A stretch of 64,000 bases of DNA, from the NCBI GenBank assembly GCA_963765765.1, contig CAVXYC010000002.1:120257-184256 (forward strand), written 5' to 3'. This DNA comes from an uncultured Chloroflexia bacterium. Lineage in GTDB: Bacteria > Chloroflexota > UBA6077 > JACCZL01. Of this stretch, positions 20,061 to 30,810 are shown piece by piece. Position numbers and translations under genes: made by a program. The stretch's first letter is position 1. The number at the start of each line of letters is the position of its first letter. A model generated the notes under the pieces. That model did not search any database and had not been told where the DNA came from. It worked only from the letters and a program-made list of their open reading frames with translations.

Positions 20061-20489
20061 CTAGCGGTTCGGCACTAATCCGCGCTTTGCGATCTCGCGA
20101 CGGCCGAATTCTTCGTCATCGAATAGCACCGTGAATTCGATATGGTAGCCATCGGGATCGTCAAGATAAATGGACATGCGGTGCACGCCGTGGGTCCGCA
20201 TATCGATGGGGACCTCGTGCTTGCGGAGCTGCTCTACCCAGGGGTCGTAGTCTTCGAGCTTGATAATGTAGGCGTGGTGCTGCCCAGTGCTTCCGGGCGA
20301 AGGCTGCCAATCGCCTCTGGCCGGGAAGATGTCGATGACCGTGCCGGCTAGCACCACGGATGTAGGGCCGCCCTCTCGATCTGGCTTGGACGCGCCAAGC
20401 ACCTCAGTGTAGAAGTTTCGGCTACGCTCGACATCTGATGAGACCAGTGTCCAGTGCTCAAGTCGTTGTACCGGTGGTGCGCTCGACAT
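20061..20489 (-). CDS. VOC/glyoxalase family protein
   Basis: LEHWTLVSSDVERSRNFYTEVLG, HHAY, YLDDPDGYHIE. Confidence 0.88.
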   Translation of the reverse strand: MSSAPPVQRLEHWTLVSSDVERSRNFYTEVLGASKPDREGGPTSVVLAGTVIDIFPARGDWQPSPGSTGQHHAYIIKLEDYDPWVEQLRKHEVPIDMRTHGVHRMSIYLDDPDGYHIEFTVLFDDEEFGRREIAKRGLVPNR

Positions 20490-20727
20490 ATCCGCAACTC
20501 CCGCCTGTTGGCGTCTCGAATTGGCTCGGCAATTGGTTCCACCCCGCGGTGGGCGGGCGACGTATTCACGGCGAGTATACCGCCACGAGGTGAGTAACCT
20601 GGAAGCGAGGGGCCTGTGCGAGTCGACATTGAGAGAGCATGGCCGCCCCGGATGTACCGTCGACGCTGATTGACGCGTCGCGGCCGGCGATTTATGGTGT
20701 CGGCACACGGTCCGAAGGAGGCCCTCC

Positions 20728-21630
20728 GTGACGCCTCGGTTCACCCAGCTTCATCCACTGTTTGTAGGTGAAGTCAGCCCTATAGATCTGCGTGCCGTTC
20801 ATGACCATGAGACGCTTGCGGCGCTCCGCGCCGGCATGGATCGTTACGGAGTGCTGGTGTTTCACGATCAGACCTTCAACGATGCCGAACAGCTTGACTT
20901 CGCGGCGCGGTTCGATGGCGCGCTGCTCGCCAACTCGGGCGCCAGTGCCGTTTCCAAGAGTCGGTTTGACAATGAGGCGCTGACCGACATCTCGAATCTT
21001 GACGAAGACGGTCAGCTTCTGCGCTCCGACGACCGGCGCCGCATGTATCGACTTGGAAATCGGCTCTGGCACACCGATGCGTCCTTCCAGGATCCAGCCG
21101 GACGTTATTCGATGCTCCACGCCAGAGAAGTGCCATCGGTGCCGGCGGATACGCAGTTTGCGGATATGAAATCGGCCTATGACGCACTGGACGATGAAAC
21201 GAAACGGCTGATCGGCGACCTTCGGGCGCATCACTCCATCGCGTATTCTCGTCAGAGATTGGGATTTGAGTTTTCGGATGCGGAGGCCGAGAAGCTGGCG
21301 GGCGCGATACATCCATTGGTGCGTACCAATGCCCGAACCGGGCGGCGGTCTCTGTATATCGCCTCGCACGCCTCTCGTGTCATTGACTGGCCATTGCCGG
21401 AAGGGAGGCTACTTTTAGCTGACCTCATGGATCACGCCACCAGTACCGCGTTTCGCTACACGCATCGGTGGCGCAAAGGCGACCTGGTCATTTGGGACAA
21501 CCTGGCCACCATGCACCGCGGCTTGCGCTATGACGACACCAAATACCGACGCGAGCTGCGTCGCGTGACGACACAAGATCTGCCCGGCGCGGAGTCGGCC
21601 CGTGAGCTGATCCAGGCGGCCGCCAACTGA
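20728..21630 (+). CDS. TauD/TfdA Fe(II)/2-oxoglutarate dioxygenase (TfdA-like)
   Basis: GNRLWHTDASF (HxD), WDNLATMHRG, RRVT. Confidence 0.93.
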   Translation: MTPRFTQLHPLFVGEVSPIDLRAVHDHETLAALRAGMDRYGVLVFHDQTFNDAEQLDFAARFDGALLANSGASAVSKSRFDNEALTDISNLDEDGQLLRSDDRRRMYRLGNRLWHTDASFQDPAGRYSMLHAREVPSVPADTQFADMKSAYDALDDETKRLIGDLRAHHSIAYSRQRLGFEFSDAEAEKLAGAIHPLVRTNARTGRRSLYIASHASRVIDWPLPEGRLLLADLMDHATSTAFRYTHRWRKGDLVIWDNLATMHRGLRYDDTKYRRELRRVTTQDLPGAESARELIQAAAN

Positions 21631-21797
21631 AGTGCTCGTCCGCCATTAGCGAACGAGCGCAGGTCCTGAATCTATAAGGCGTCTCGCGAGCTCGACTATG
21701 AGCGGGCCTCCTGGGAGTGCTCGCGGGGCGGATTCCATCTCATGCGGCGCGCCACCCATGCCAAGCAACTTTTGTGAGGGCTATGTACGACACGGCG

Positions 21798-23019
21798 TTA
21801 CGTTTTCGGCGTGTACATCTGCTTGAGGATTGCGAACACCTCGGGCCTGAGGGCCTGTGCCTCTTCAATGGTCTCCTTGAGCGATTCGGCCGACTTCAGG
21901 CCGATATCGAGGTTTCGTCTGTTCATTTCCGCCTGGAACGATTCGTCGGCAACGGTGTCGTTGAATCCCTTTCGAATTGCCGCGACGACGTTGTCAGGAG
22001 TGCGTGGGGGTAGTGCGAAGAGGCGTTCCCCGGAAGAGAGCTTGTTGTTAACCTCGAGCGCAGCCCGCTGGTCAGGCGTCACTTTCACGACATCGGCCAC
22101 GTGTCCGAACCAGGGGTACTTCCCTTGTGCCATCCGCGCTGCCATGTGGTTCGGCGGGTTTTCATAATAGAACAGTGGCGTAGCCTGGTTTTGATTGAAC
22201 CAGTCAGGAAACAGAGAGATATTGGCATCGTCACAGCGATCGGTGAGCTCGAGCTCCCCTCGATCGAACGCGGCATTGAGCTCGGACGTGCCCCCGTAGC
22301 CGAAGACCGGCTGCACCGGTAGCCCGACGATCTCGAGCCACATCTTGTTGGCGCCAGGGCCTGTGGCTTGAACAGCTTCGGCAATCCTGAGTTTCCGAGG
22401 GCTCTTGAGGAAAGCTTCAAGGCTATCCGCGATCTCCGTCCTCACGCAGACGGTGGAACGTCGCGGAGCGTTGTCAGGGGCGCCCAGATAGATCGGGGTG
22501 TCGAGATCGAATGATTCGAGTTTCTCGCCGAGCACTGCCTGCGTAATCAGCCCACCGCTGAATACGGCAATGTCAAGTCCGGTGCCCGGGGTTTTCCTCA
22601 TGACCGATTGCCAGGCCAGAAGTGAGTTGGCACCAGGCTGGTTCGTGACCACAAATTTTGGACTACCCGGGATGAATTTCGGCATGTACTCCGCCATGAT
22701 TCGGGCGAAGGTGTCATAGCCGCCACCAGGAGAGAATCCCACCGTGATCGTGATCGTCTTCCCTGAGAAATAGCGTTCGGCCTCGGCCTCATTCACGGCG
22801 ATCACAGGAGCCTCTGAGGCCCGACTGGCGGCGGGCGATGCGGCGGGCGATGCCGCCGGACTTGCGGCGGGCGATGCGGCAGGCTTTGCCGCTGCCGGTG
22901 ATTCGAGCCGGCTTTGGCGCCGTGGTCGCGGGTGGCGAAGTTGTCGTCGCCGGCGCTGATTGCTGGCACGCCACGATGAATACTGATGCCAGCAGTCCAA
23001 CCAATGTTCTAGATCGCAT
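21798..23019 (-). CDS. Tripartite tricarboxylate transporter substrate-binding lipoprotein (Bug/TctC); frameshift near 22905
   Basis: Lipobox IVAC, (PAAS)n linker, VGFSPGGGYDTFAR, NQPGA, GYGG. Confidence 0.85.
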
Positions 23020-23033
23020 CATTCCCTCCGTAC

Positions 23034-23906
23034 TCATGCTTGCGGCAGACCGACCTGAGCCAGGTATGCATCGGCGATTTCGCTCCCGGTGGCCCACCAG
23101 ACATCGTTGTGGCCATGAATGTACTGGAGCAGTTGCTTCAGGGCCACAGAACGCGCCGGGAAACCCGAGAGGTGAGTATGCAATGGGATCGCCATAACGG
23201 TTCCACTCCGTTCGCCCTCCTGGTAAAGCACGTCGAACGTCCTGGAAAGTATCTCGCGGTACTCATCGGGCGAGAAAATCCAGCGCTCGTAATTGCGACT
23301 ATCGTTGTGCACCATGGAGTACGGCACACCGACTATCCAGCCATTGGCGGTCCTGATGGGATACGGACGGTCGTCCACCACCCAGTCCCCGGAATAGGTC
23401 AGGCCAGCTTCCTGCAGAAGAGTGGGTGTGCGATGGTTCTCATCAGGGCCCAGCCAGCCGCGAGGACGCACTCCTGTCGCCTCATGGATTCGGCTGATTG
23501 TCTGTGTGATCTGGTTACGCTCCTCATCCTCCGTCTGACCGATCTTGCTCTCCGAATTGGTCAGCCCGTGGCCCATCCACTCCCAGCCTCGCTCCAGACC
23601 GGCCTCAATGACCCGGGGGTAGATGTCGCAAACGTACGCGTTCAGCGCCACGGTGGCTCGGGCGCCTACGTCATCCAGTGCCTCCATGATTCGCCAGACG
23701 CCCACCCGCTCACCGTACTCGCGGATAGCCCAGGACTTGATGTCCGGCAGCTTGTTAGGACCGATTGTCCTGTCCAGCGGGTACCACTCCAGATTGGGCA
23801 CGATCCAGACGGCGATTCGGGCGCCGTTGGGCCAGCGGATGACCGGCGCATCTGGATAGGCGCGATAGGGAACGGGGCCGACCCGCTCGGGCACTGGGTT
23901 GAGCAT
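23034..23906 (-). CDS. Polysaccharide deacetylase family protein (PuuE/allantoinase-like)
   Basis: WPNGARIAVWIVPNLE, EYGERVGVWR, WEWMGHG, PRGWLGP, LHTHLSG. Confidence 0.9.
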   Translation of the reverse strand: MLNPVPERVGPVPYRAYPDAPVIRWPNGARIAVWIVPNLEWYPLDRTIGPNKLPDIKSWAIREYGERVGVWRIMEALDDVGARATVALNAYVCDIYPRVIEAGLERGWEWMGHGLTNSESKIGQTEDEERNQITQTISRIHEATGVRPRGWLGPDENHRTPTLLQEAGLTYSGDWVVDDRPYPIRTANGWIVGVPYSMVHNDSRNYERWIFSPDEYREILSRTFDVLYQEGERSGTVMAIPLHTHLSGFPARSVALKQLLQYIHGHNDVWWATGSEIADAYLAQVGLPQA

Positions 23907-23984
23907 GGTGCTACCTCTTTTCACTATCGGTTGCTGAGTGACCTGGTCAGGCCGAGAGCGTCACTCCCCATGAGTCCTAGTACT

Positions 23985-24848
23985 CTAGTCCTTCCACTCG
24001 CGTGGCGGGGCGCCCGTGCTAATGGTTTGGCCGCCATCGATGATCAATGGGTGGCCGGTAATGAAGGACGACTCGCTGCACGCAAGGAACAGCACCGCAT
24101 AGGCGATCTCCTCTGGACGGCCCTGCCGGTGCAGCCCACGCACCTGGGCAACCCGGCGCGCATCGTTGGCTTCCCTGCCTCCTGGGGCATCTGCCCGGCT
24201 CGGCTGTGGTGGCCAGCCCGACAGTCCTGGGGTATCGATGGGACCTGGGCAGATGCAGTTCACCCGGATTTCGGGTCCATAGTCCAACGCCATCTCGCGA
24301 GTCAGATTGATCAGCGCTGCCTTGGTGGCACAGTACGCCGCGCTTTCCGGCACTCCGAATGCTCCGTGAGTAGAAGCAGTAATGATAATGTTGCCTTCGT
24401 GCTGTGCGAGAAAGTGTGGGATCGTCGCCTGGGCCGCGTACCGAATTCCGTTCAGGTTGAGATTGACCACGCGGTTCCAGTCCTCATCACTGATCTGGTG
24501 GAGCTTGCCGCGGGCTCCCACGCCAGCGTGACTGAACACGATATGCAGTCCGCCGAGCTGGTTGAGCGCCGCGGCGACAGCCCGCTGCCAGGTTTCGCGC
24601 TCTCCGGCATCGCCCAGGATGAAAACCGCCTCACCGCCTTCCTGTGTGATGAGCTCATCAATGCGAGGCGCGCCCGATTCCCAGACGTCAACGCACACAA
24701 CCTTCGCGCCTTCTCGAGCGAATAAGCGTGCTGTGGCGCGAGCCATCCCACTGTCGGCGCCGGTGACGATGGCAACCTTTCCCCTGAGCCTGTCGAACCC
24801 TCCTGGACGCATCAAGGGATGCTCGTCGGTTAGCGTGGCCTGGGTCAC
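23985..24848 (-). CDS. SDR family oxidoreductase
   Basis: TGADSGMA, YCATK, IRVNCICPG. Confidence 0.92.
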   Translation of the reverse strand: MTQATLTDEHPLMRPGGFDRLRGKVAIVTGADSGMARATARLFAREGAKVVCVDVWESGAPRIDELITQEGGEAVFILGDAGERETWQRAVAAALNQLGGLHIVFSHAGVGARGKLHQISDEDWNRVVNLNLNGIRYAAQATIPHFLAQHEGNIIITASTHGAFGVPESAAYCATKAALINLTREMALDYGPEIRVNCICPGPIDTPGLSGWPPQPSRADAPGGREANDARRVAQVRGLHRQGRPEEIAYAVLFLACSESSFITGHPLIIDGGQTISTGAPPREWKD

Positions 24849-24881
24849 GATGATATGCCTCTCTTTCTCTTGAACACGGTA

Positions 24882-25008
24882 TCCCTGTCATACTGAGGAC
24901 GAGGCATCTCCCGGACATCGGCGACTGCGATCGGAGAAATGATGCGGCGACACCGAACTCGTAGGCCCAGATGTCCGGGAGATGCCTCGTGCCTCAGCAT
25001 GACCGGGA
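24882..25008. repeat. REP-like inverted pair (TGTCAT family), copy 2
   Basis: tgtcatactgaggacgaggcatctcccggacatc ... gatgtccgggagatgcctcgtgcctcagcatgac. Confidence 0.78.
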
Positions 25009-25095
25009 GACTGGGGTCGGTTGTGGTCACCGCTATTCATGGCGTCTCGATGTGCGTGAAGGCGCACGGCTCACTCGATACGGTTCAGAGCCGTC

Positions 25096-25914
25096 TCAAT
25101 CGTCGGCCGGCTCCAGCTTGCCGTTGCGAACCACTACCTGGTGACCTGTGAGCTCCATTGGCGCCTCTGCCGCCAGAACGTAGCGGTTGCCGATGTCCTC
25201 GACCGTTGTCGATCCGGGGTTGGATCGCGACCATTCCGGGCTATCGGCGGTGATGATGCCTCCGCCAGCCCCCGGAAAGCCTTGTCCGATCTGGCGCTGG
25301 CGAGGCGAACCGCTGATGGCGTCGCCAGGCCCCATGCTGATGATGCAGATGTAGAACTCACGCTCTTCGTCGGCCATGCACTTGGTGAACGCGCGAATCG
25401 CTATTTTCGAGGTGGCGTAGACAGCGGTGCCTATACCGCCTGAGCCCTCCGGTTGGCGCACGGTGAGATTACCCTGGCCCACGTTGATGATGTGGCCGTC
25501 ATTACAGGATTCCATATACGGCAGCACGTGCTTCGTGCAGAGATAGGTGCCAACGAGATTAGTGTCGATAACCTTCTGAAAGAAAGCCCTATCCATATCT
25601 CGAATCCTGGGCCAGCGCGGAGCGCCGGTGTGGAAATGAGTAACGATGCCAGCGTTGTTGATCAGGACATCGATTCGGCCCCATTTCTGGTAGACCTGGC
25701 TCATAAGGGAGCGAACCGAGCCCTCATCGGTCACGTTGGTAGGCACTGCCATGTATTCCGCGCCGGTGGACTCGATCTCACTGACCACGTTGTCCATGGG
25801 CGCGATGTCGGCGACGATCACCTTCGCGCCCTCATTGGCAAACGTTGTGGCTATATAGCGGCCGACGCCCTGTGCGCCGCCCGTGACGATGACGGTTTTT
25901 CCTCGGACAGTCAA
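25096..25914 (-). CDS. SDR family oxidoreductase
   Basis: TGGAQGVG, NNAG, YATSK. Confidence 0.92.
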   Translation of the reverse strand: MTVRGKTVIVTGGAQGVGRYIATTFANEGAKVIVADIAPMDNVVSEIESTGAEYMAVPTNVTDEGSVRSLMSQVYQKWGRIDVLINNAGIVTHFHTGAPRWPRIRDMDRAFFQKVIDTNLVGTYLCTKHVLPYMESCNDGHIINVGQGNLTVRQPEGSGGIGTAVYATSKIAIRAFTKCMADEEREFYICIISMGPGDAISGSPRQRQIGQGFPGAGGGIITADSPEWSRSNPGSTTVEDIGNRYVLAAEAPMELTGHQVVVRNGKLEPADD

Positions 25915-25991
25915 TGGGCTTCTACCCCCAACAGGAAGCGCTCGAGGGAGCTCCCGAGCGCGAATCGATTAAAGCGATAAGCATGTGTTCG

Positions 25992-27344
25992 CTAGACGAC
26001 GGTAAGCGGCTGACCGGGTCGAGTCGTAATCTCGGACATTGCGACCGGCCAGATATCGGTGTCCTTGGTCAGCAGAAAGGAGGCGGGCCTCAGCGCGAAC
26101 GCCGCGGCGTCCGTAACGCCCGGCGCCGCGGCGCTGCCGTCCCCATAGGCCTTCACCGAATCCAGGAGAAAGCGACGCATACCGATGATGCCAACGTCAC
26201 TGCTGACCAAGTGCTCCTCGGTGCGATCCTGGATAGCCCCCATCCCCTCCTGCACGGCGGAGTCTTGTGCCCAACCGGCCTTGATGCCGCAGAACGACCG
26301 TGTCCTCTGATACTCGTAGTCCAGGAGATAGTCGTTCTCCTTGCGTATGATGGGCTTCCAGGCCCCATACGCTTGCCCCGTGGCTGGCAAGAATCCGTCG
26401 ACACGTGGGTGGAACGCCTCGATACCGTCTTTGCCGTGACGATAGAAGTCCAGCTCCTCCGCGGTTAGCGGGCGGGTGGGGTGATAGTTGTAGTGGAGCA
26501 CCAGCGTGTGCTCATCGTCGATCGGTACCCAAGCGTGGCCGTTGGAAGGCGGATTAACCCCCCGCGGCGGGAATTGAGTGTAGAAGGGCATGATGAAGTT
26601 GTTGACCCGCCAATAGGAGCCCTCGTCTGTTTGACGGCATGCTGCTATAAGGACGCCGGCCTCGACGTTGAGGGTTTCGAAGCGTGGCCGACTGTCAACC
26701 GCGGACAGCTGCATGCCACGCTGGGCTCCGGGTATCGGGCCGGCGAACACGCTTGTCCCGCCCTGGCCGGGGCTCTTGAGCGCGGAGTGCAGAAAATTAC
26801 TGTGACTCGTGTCGATAGCGCCTTCCAGCGATTGGAGCCAATTGGCCGCGGCGACGCGCTTAGACACGTAAGTGTGGCTGACGGGAACCATGTTCCATTC
26901 GAGCTCAGGAAGGGCCGGCGGCGGGCTAGATGGTCCCATGTACGTCCAAACGATTCCGTTGCGTTCCACGCAAGGGTAGGCGACATGATGGACCTTTCCC
27001 TTGAAGTTACTCTCCGCTGGCTCGTTGGGCATGTCTACACATGCCCCGTGCACGTCAAATTTCCAACCGTGGTACACACATCGAAGGCCGTTCTCTTCAT
27101 TGCGTCCGAAGAAGAGTGACGCCCCGCGATGCGGGCAATGGTCCCCCAATAGTCCCAATGCCCCGTCGCTCGTCCGAAACGCGATCAGATCCTCGCCCAG
27201 CAGTCGGATTCGGAGAGGCTCGCTGTCGCACTCGGGCAACTCCTCGGTGAGAAGGAATGGCAGCCAGTATTCGCGCATGAGCGTCCCCAGCGGTGTGCCC
27301 CGTCCAACACGCGTCACTAGCTCATTGTCTTCTCTGGTCAGCAT
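25992..27344 (-). CDS. Rieske non-heme iron oxygenase alpha subunit (phthalate 4,5-dioxygenase/LigXa-like)
   Basis: CPHRGASL...CVYHGWKFD Rieske motif; EGAIDTSHSNFLH and QD mononuclear Fe ligands; RTEEHLVSSD. Confidence 0.94.
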   Translation of the reverse strand: MLTREDNELVTRVGRGTPLGTLMREYWLPFLLTEELPECDSEPLRIRLLGEDLIAFRTSDGALGLLGDHCPHRGASLFFGRNEENGLRCVYHGWKFDVHGACVDMPNEPAESNFKGKVHHVAYPCVERNGIVWTYMGPSSPPPALPELEWNMVPVSHTYVSKRVAAANWLQSLEGAIDTSHSNFLHSALKSPGQGGTSVFAGPIPGAQRGMQLSAVDSRPRFETLNVEAGVLIAACRQTDEGSYWRVNNFIMPFYTQFPPRGVNPPSNGHAWVPIDDEHTLVLHYNYHPTRPLTAEELDFYRHGKDGIEAFHPRVDGFLPATGQAYGAWKPIIRKENDYLLDYEYQRTRSFCGIKAGWAQDSAVQEGMGAIQDRTEEHLVSSDVGIIGMRRFLLDSVKAYGDGSAAAPGVTDAAAFALRPASFLLTKDTDIWPVAMSEITTRPGQPLTVV

Positions 27345-27610
27345 CGCCTACTCCCTAAGAAGAGGTACACGGTCTGGCGGCTTCCTCTTCGCGCCACTGA
27401 TCCTAGCGCCACTACCCTCAAGCGTCAACGACAAATTCTCGTGGATGTGCCAAGAACTTGTGCAGACCGGCACCGGTAGGGGGAGCGACCCGTGATAGGA
27501 CTCGCGACAGTGGTGGGACGCGGAGGACAAGTTGGACGAGGTCCAGAAGACTCAGGACATCGCCAGGGCACTGCTGAACTAGCCGAGCTCGTTACACGGT
27601 CGGAGAGACA

Positions 27611-27634
27611 CCTGGGAGCGGCCGCGCTCCCAGG
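27611..27634. repeat. Short palindrome CCTGGGAGCG-gccg-CGCTCCCAGG (collapsed REP-like)
   Basis: Perfect 10-bp arms just past the amidase stop; shares CTGGGA ends with other elements. Confidence 0.5.
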
Positions 27635-27644
27635 ATGTGCGGCG

Positions 27645-29039
27645 CTACAGTGGCGGTGTTTGCAGATGCCAGTCCGTACGCTGCTGGAACGCGTCGCCCA
27701 CTCGCAGCACGGCGGGCTCGTCAAACGGCTTGCCCACGATCTGCAATGACAAAGGCAGGCGGTCGTTGGTGAATCCCATCGGGATGCACAGGGCCGGCAG
27801 ACCGAGACCGTTCCAGATATTGGTGAACGTTGGCACCTTGTTGTTCGACTCGAAGGTGAGGCCGTCGAGCGCGGGCGCGCCGTCCGTGCGCGCGAGTGTG
27901 ACGAGCACGTCGAATGGCCGCATCAGCTCGGCGATCGCTTTCTTGCCGTAGCGGCGGACACGTTGTGCCTGCACCACGTCGACGGCGCTGTACATCACTC
28001 CGCTGCCCAGCCCGGCGCGCGTGTGAATGCCATAATCTCCCCAGCGCATTTGCAGATCGACCATGTGATAGGCGGCGGCCTCACTGCGATTGCACACGCG
28101 GGTGGCGAGCTGAATCTCCCTGTAGTGGGGGATGATCACCTCAATGACGGTTGCGCCGGCGGCCTGGAGTACCTCGACGGCTTGCTCAAATGCCTCTCCG
28201 GCCTCCGGTAGCACACCGTCCACGCGGGTGTGATTGGCGCGCTCCACGGCAATCCTCACTCCCTTGAGATCGTCAGTGAATGCCGCCATGTAGTTGGAAA
28301 TCGGGACGTTCTTGCACGCGGGATCGCTGGGGTCATAGCCTGCGATTGCCTGCAGGATCATCGCGCAGTCCCGCACGCTGCGAGCCAGCGGACCAATGTG
28401 ATCGAGACTGTAGCCCAGCGGCACGCAGCCCGATTTGGGCACCAGGCCGTATGTTGGCTTGATGCCGCTTATGCCGCAGAAGGAGGCGGCCCACGGATGC
28501 TGCCGCCTGTGTCCGTGCCCAGTCCGCCCAGGAAGAGCCCCGCGGCGATCCCTGCTCCGGTGCCGGAGCTGGAGCCACCCGGCCAGTGGCCCTTCGTTCC
28601 AGGGGTTGCGCGGCACGGGAAACGGCTTTTCTGGATCCGGCAGACCGGTAGCGAACTCCATGGTGCTGGTCTTGCCCGTGATGACGGCACCAGCCGCTCG
28701 CAAGCGCTTCATGACTGGTCCATCACCTTGCTCGCCCCAGGCGGGATCGAGCACCAGGCTCTGCGCCGTGGTGGGGGCGTTATCCGTGGCGATGATGTCC
28801 TTGATGCCGAGCGGGATGCCCTGGAGCGGGCCGCGATCGACCCCGGCCTTGAAGTCTTTGTCCGCCTGGGCTGCCTCCGTCGGCGCCGTGGCGTCCATGC
28901 GATGGAGATAAACGCCCAGCGCGTCATCCAGCCTGTCGGCGCGCTTGATGGTCAGTTCGGTGTCAGCTCAACGCTAGCTGAGCTCGCCACCGCGCATAGC
29001 CGCCGCGGCCTCGGTGATCGTGAGTGGTAGATCGGTCAT
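27645..29039 (-). CDS. Amidase (amidase-signature family), frameshifted
   Basis: GIPLGIKD, GGSSSG, GTDTGGSIR, GIKPTYG across frames. Confidence 0.88.
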
Positions 29040-30453
29040 GCTGCCACCGCCTGTGCTATCGGTGGAACGCGCATCTGCCAGTCGACACTCTCGCTGGTAG
29101 GCGTCGCCGACCTTGAGCACGGTCGCCTCGTCGAAAGGCTTGCCCACGATCTGCATCGAGAGCGGCAGACCCGTGGAGCTGAACCCGCACGGGACCGCCA
29201 GCGCGGGCAGACCGGTCAGGTTCCACATGCCCATGAAGCTGATTTGACCAAGCAGCCGCTTCTCGTGATCGAAATCGGCAATCCTATCCGCGGGTTTGGG
29301 CGTGGTTGGCGTGATGAGCACGTCTACGTCGCGCATGACCGTGGCAACCGCTTTCTTGAAGTAGGAGCGGAATCGCTGCGCCTGAACGTAGTCGGGTCCG
29401 CTGAAGAGCACGCCCTTAGCGAGATTCGTACGGGTGTATCGACCGTAGAGCTGCCAGCGATCGCGCAAGTCGTCGTGGTGATACGCCGACGCTTCGGCGG
29501 TCATGATGAGATTGTTGGCGAATTTCGCCTGCTCGGCGTGCGGAATGGTGACGTCTTTCACTATGGCGCCGGCTGCCGCCAGCGCATCGATGCCCGGCCA
29601 GGACCGCCGTCCTTCACCTCCTCATCCAGTCCGTCCGACATCAAAGAAGTAAGTACGGGGAACTCCGATGCGCACCCCCTTGACGCTTCCGGACAGCGCC
29701 GCCGTGTAGTTCGGCACTGGATTTTCTGCCGCATCCGGGTCACGTGGATCGTGGCCGGCCATCACGGCGAGCAGTGCGGCGCAGTCCCAGGCCGTCCGCG
29801 CCATTGGGCCGATGCTATCGAGACTGTAGCCAAGCGGGACGACGCCGAATTTGGGAACGCGGCCATAGGTGACCTTGAGCCCGGTGTGGCCGTTGAACGA
29901 GGCCGGGCCTCGGACGGAGCCGCCGGTGTCACTGCCGAGCGCGCCCAGCACCATCCCCGCCGCGACGGCGATGCCGCTGCCCGGCGCTCGAACCGGAAGC
30001 GGCATGCTCCGGGTTCCACGGATTCCTGGGCATCGGAAAGCCGTTGTCCGGGTCGGGCGCGCCCAGGGCGAACTCGCTGGTCACGGTCTTGCCCATGATT
30101 ATCGCGCCAGCGTTGCGCAGCCGCTCAACTACTGGAGCGTCCCAGTGGGCACCCCAGTTGCGGTCCAGAATGTGGCTATTCGCCGTAGTCGGCGCCTCGC
30201 GTGTGGCGATGATGTCTTTGACGCCGATTGGGATTCCCTGGAGCGTCCCCAGGTCAACGCCCATTGCGAAGTCCGTATCCGCCTTCGCGGCTGCGTTCAT
30301 CGCCGTCTCGCCGGTGATGGCGATAAACGCCCCGAGCTCGGGATTGAGTGCCTCGATCCGCTCGAGCATCGCGGTGGTAAGCTCGGTGGACGAGATCTGA
30401 CCCGTGCGCAGGGCGGCGGCCGCATCCTTGATGGTCAATGGAATGGTTGGCAT
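29036..30453 (-). CDS. Amidase (amidase-signature family), frameshifted; ATGA-coupled to the next amidase
   Basis: GIPIGVKD, GSDTGGSVRGPAS, GLKVTYGRV, NLTGLPAL. Confidence 0.88.
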
Positions 30454-30479
30454 TTTGGTGTCCCCTTACGCGGCCGAAG

Positions 30480-30680
30480 TCACTCGTCCCAGGAGGCGTC
30501 AAAGATCAGCGCCGGTTCCTCGTAGCGCGTTTCGGGTATGTACAGACTGTCCGCACCGGCCCTCATCGCCGGATAGATTCGCGTGAACAGCTCGAATTCC
30601 TCATCACTCAGCTTGAGCTGCGCGGCGTCGAGCAAGGCCTTGACGGTCGTTGCGACGTCGGTAGGTGATTCGTTGGCCAT
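30480..30680 (-). CDS. Small GatC/AtzG-like amidase partner protein (66 aa)
   Basis: MANESPTDV...LLDAAQLKLSDEE...EEPALIF; AAGGGAG RBS; directly upstream of the amidases. Confidence 0.65.
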   Translation of the reverse strand: MANESPTDVATTVKALLDAAQLKLSDEEFELFTRIYPAMRAGADSLYIPETRYEEPALIFDASWDE

Positions 30681-30810
30681 TTGGAGTGCTCCCTTGAGAT
30701 GTGTTGAGTCGGGATCGAAGGTACCTCGGGCTGGGCCTCTTGCCGCTGGCATCTCATCCTGCTCCTGATGGCGCTCGCGGTCAAGTTGGAACGCCATTCG
30801 CTCCACGCGG

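Noticed and set aside
23040-24725. 561-aa plus-strand ORF
   Set aside because: Antisense to the deacetylase and SDR genes; no motifs; typical high-GC shadow
27645-30680. gatCAB operon
   Set aside because: No gatB; two divergent amidases in a catabolic context
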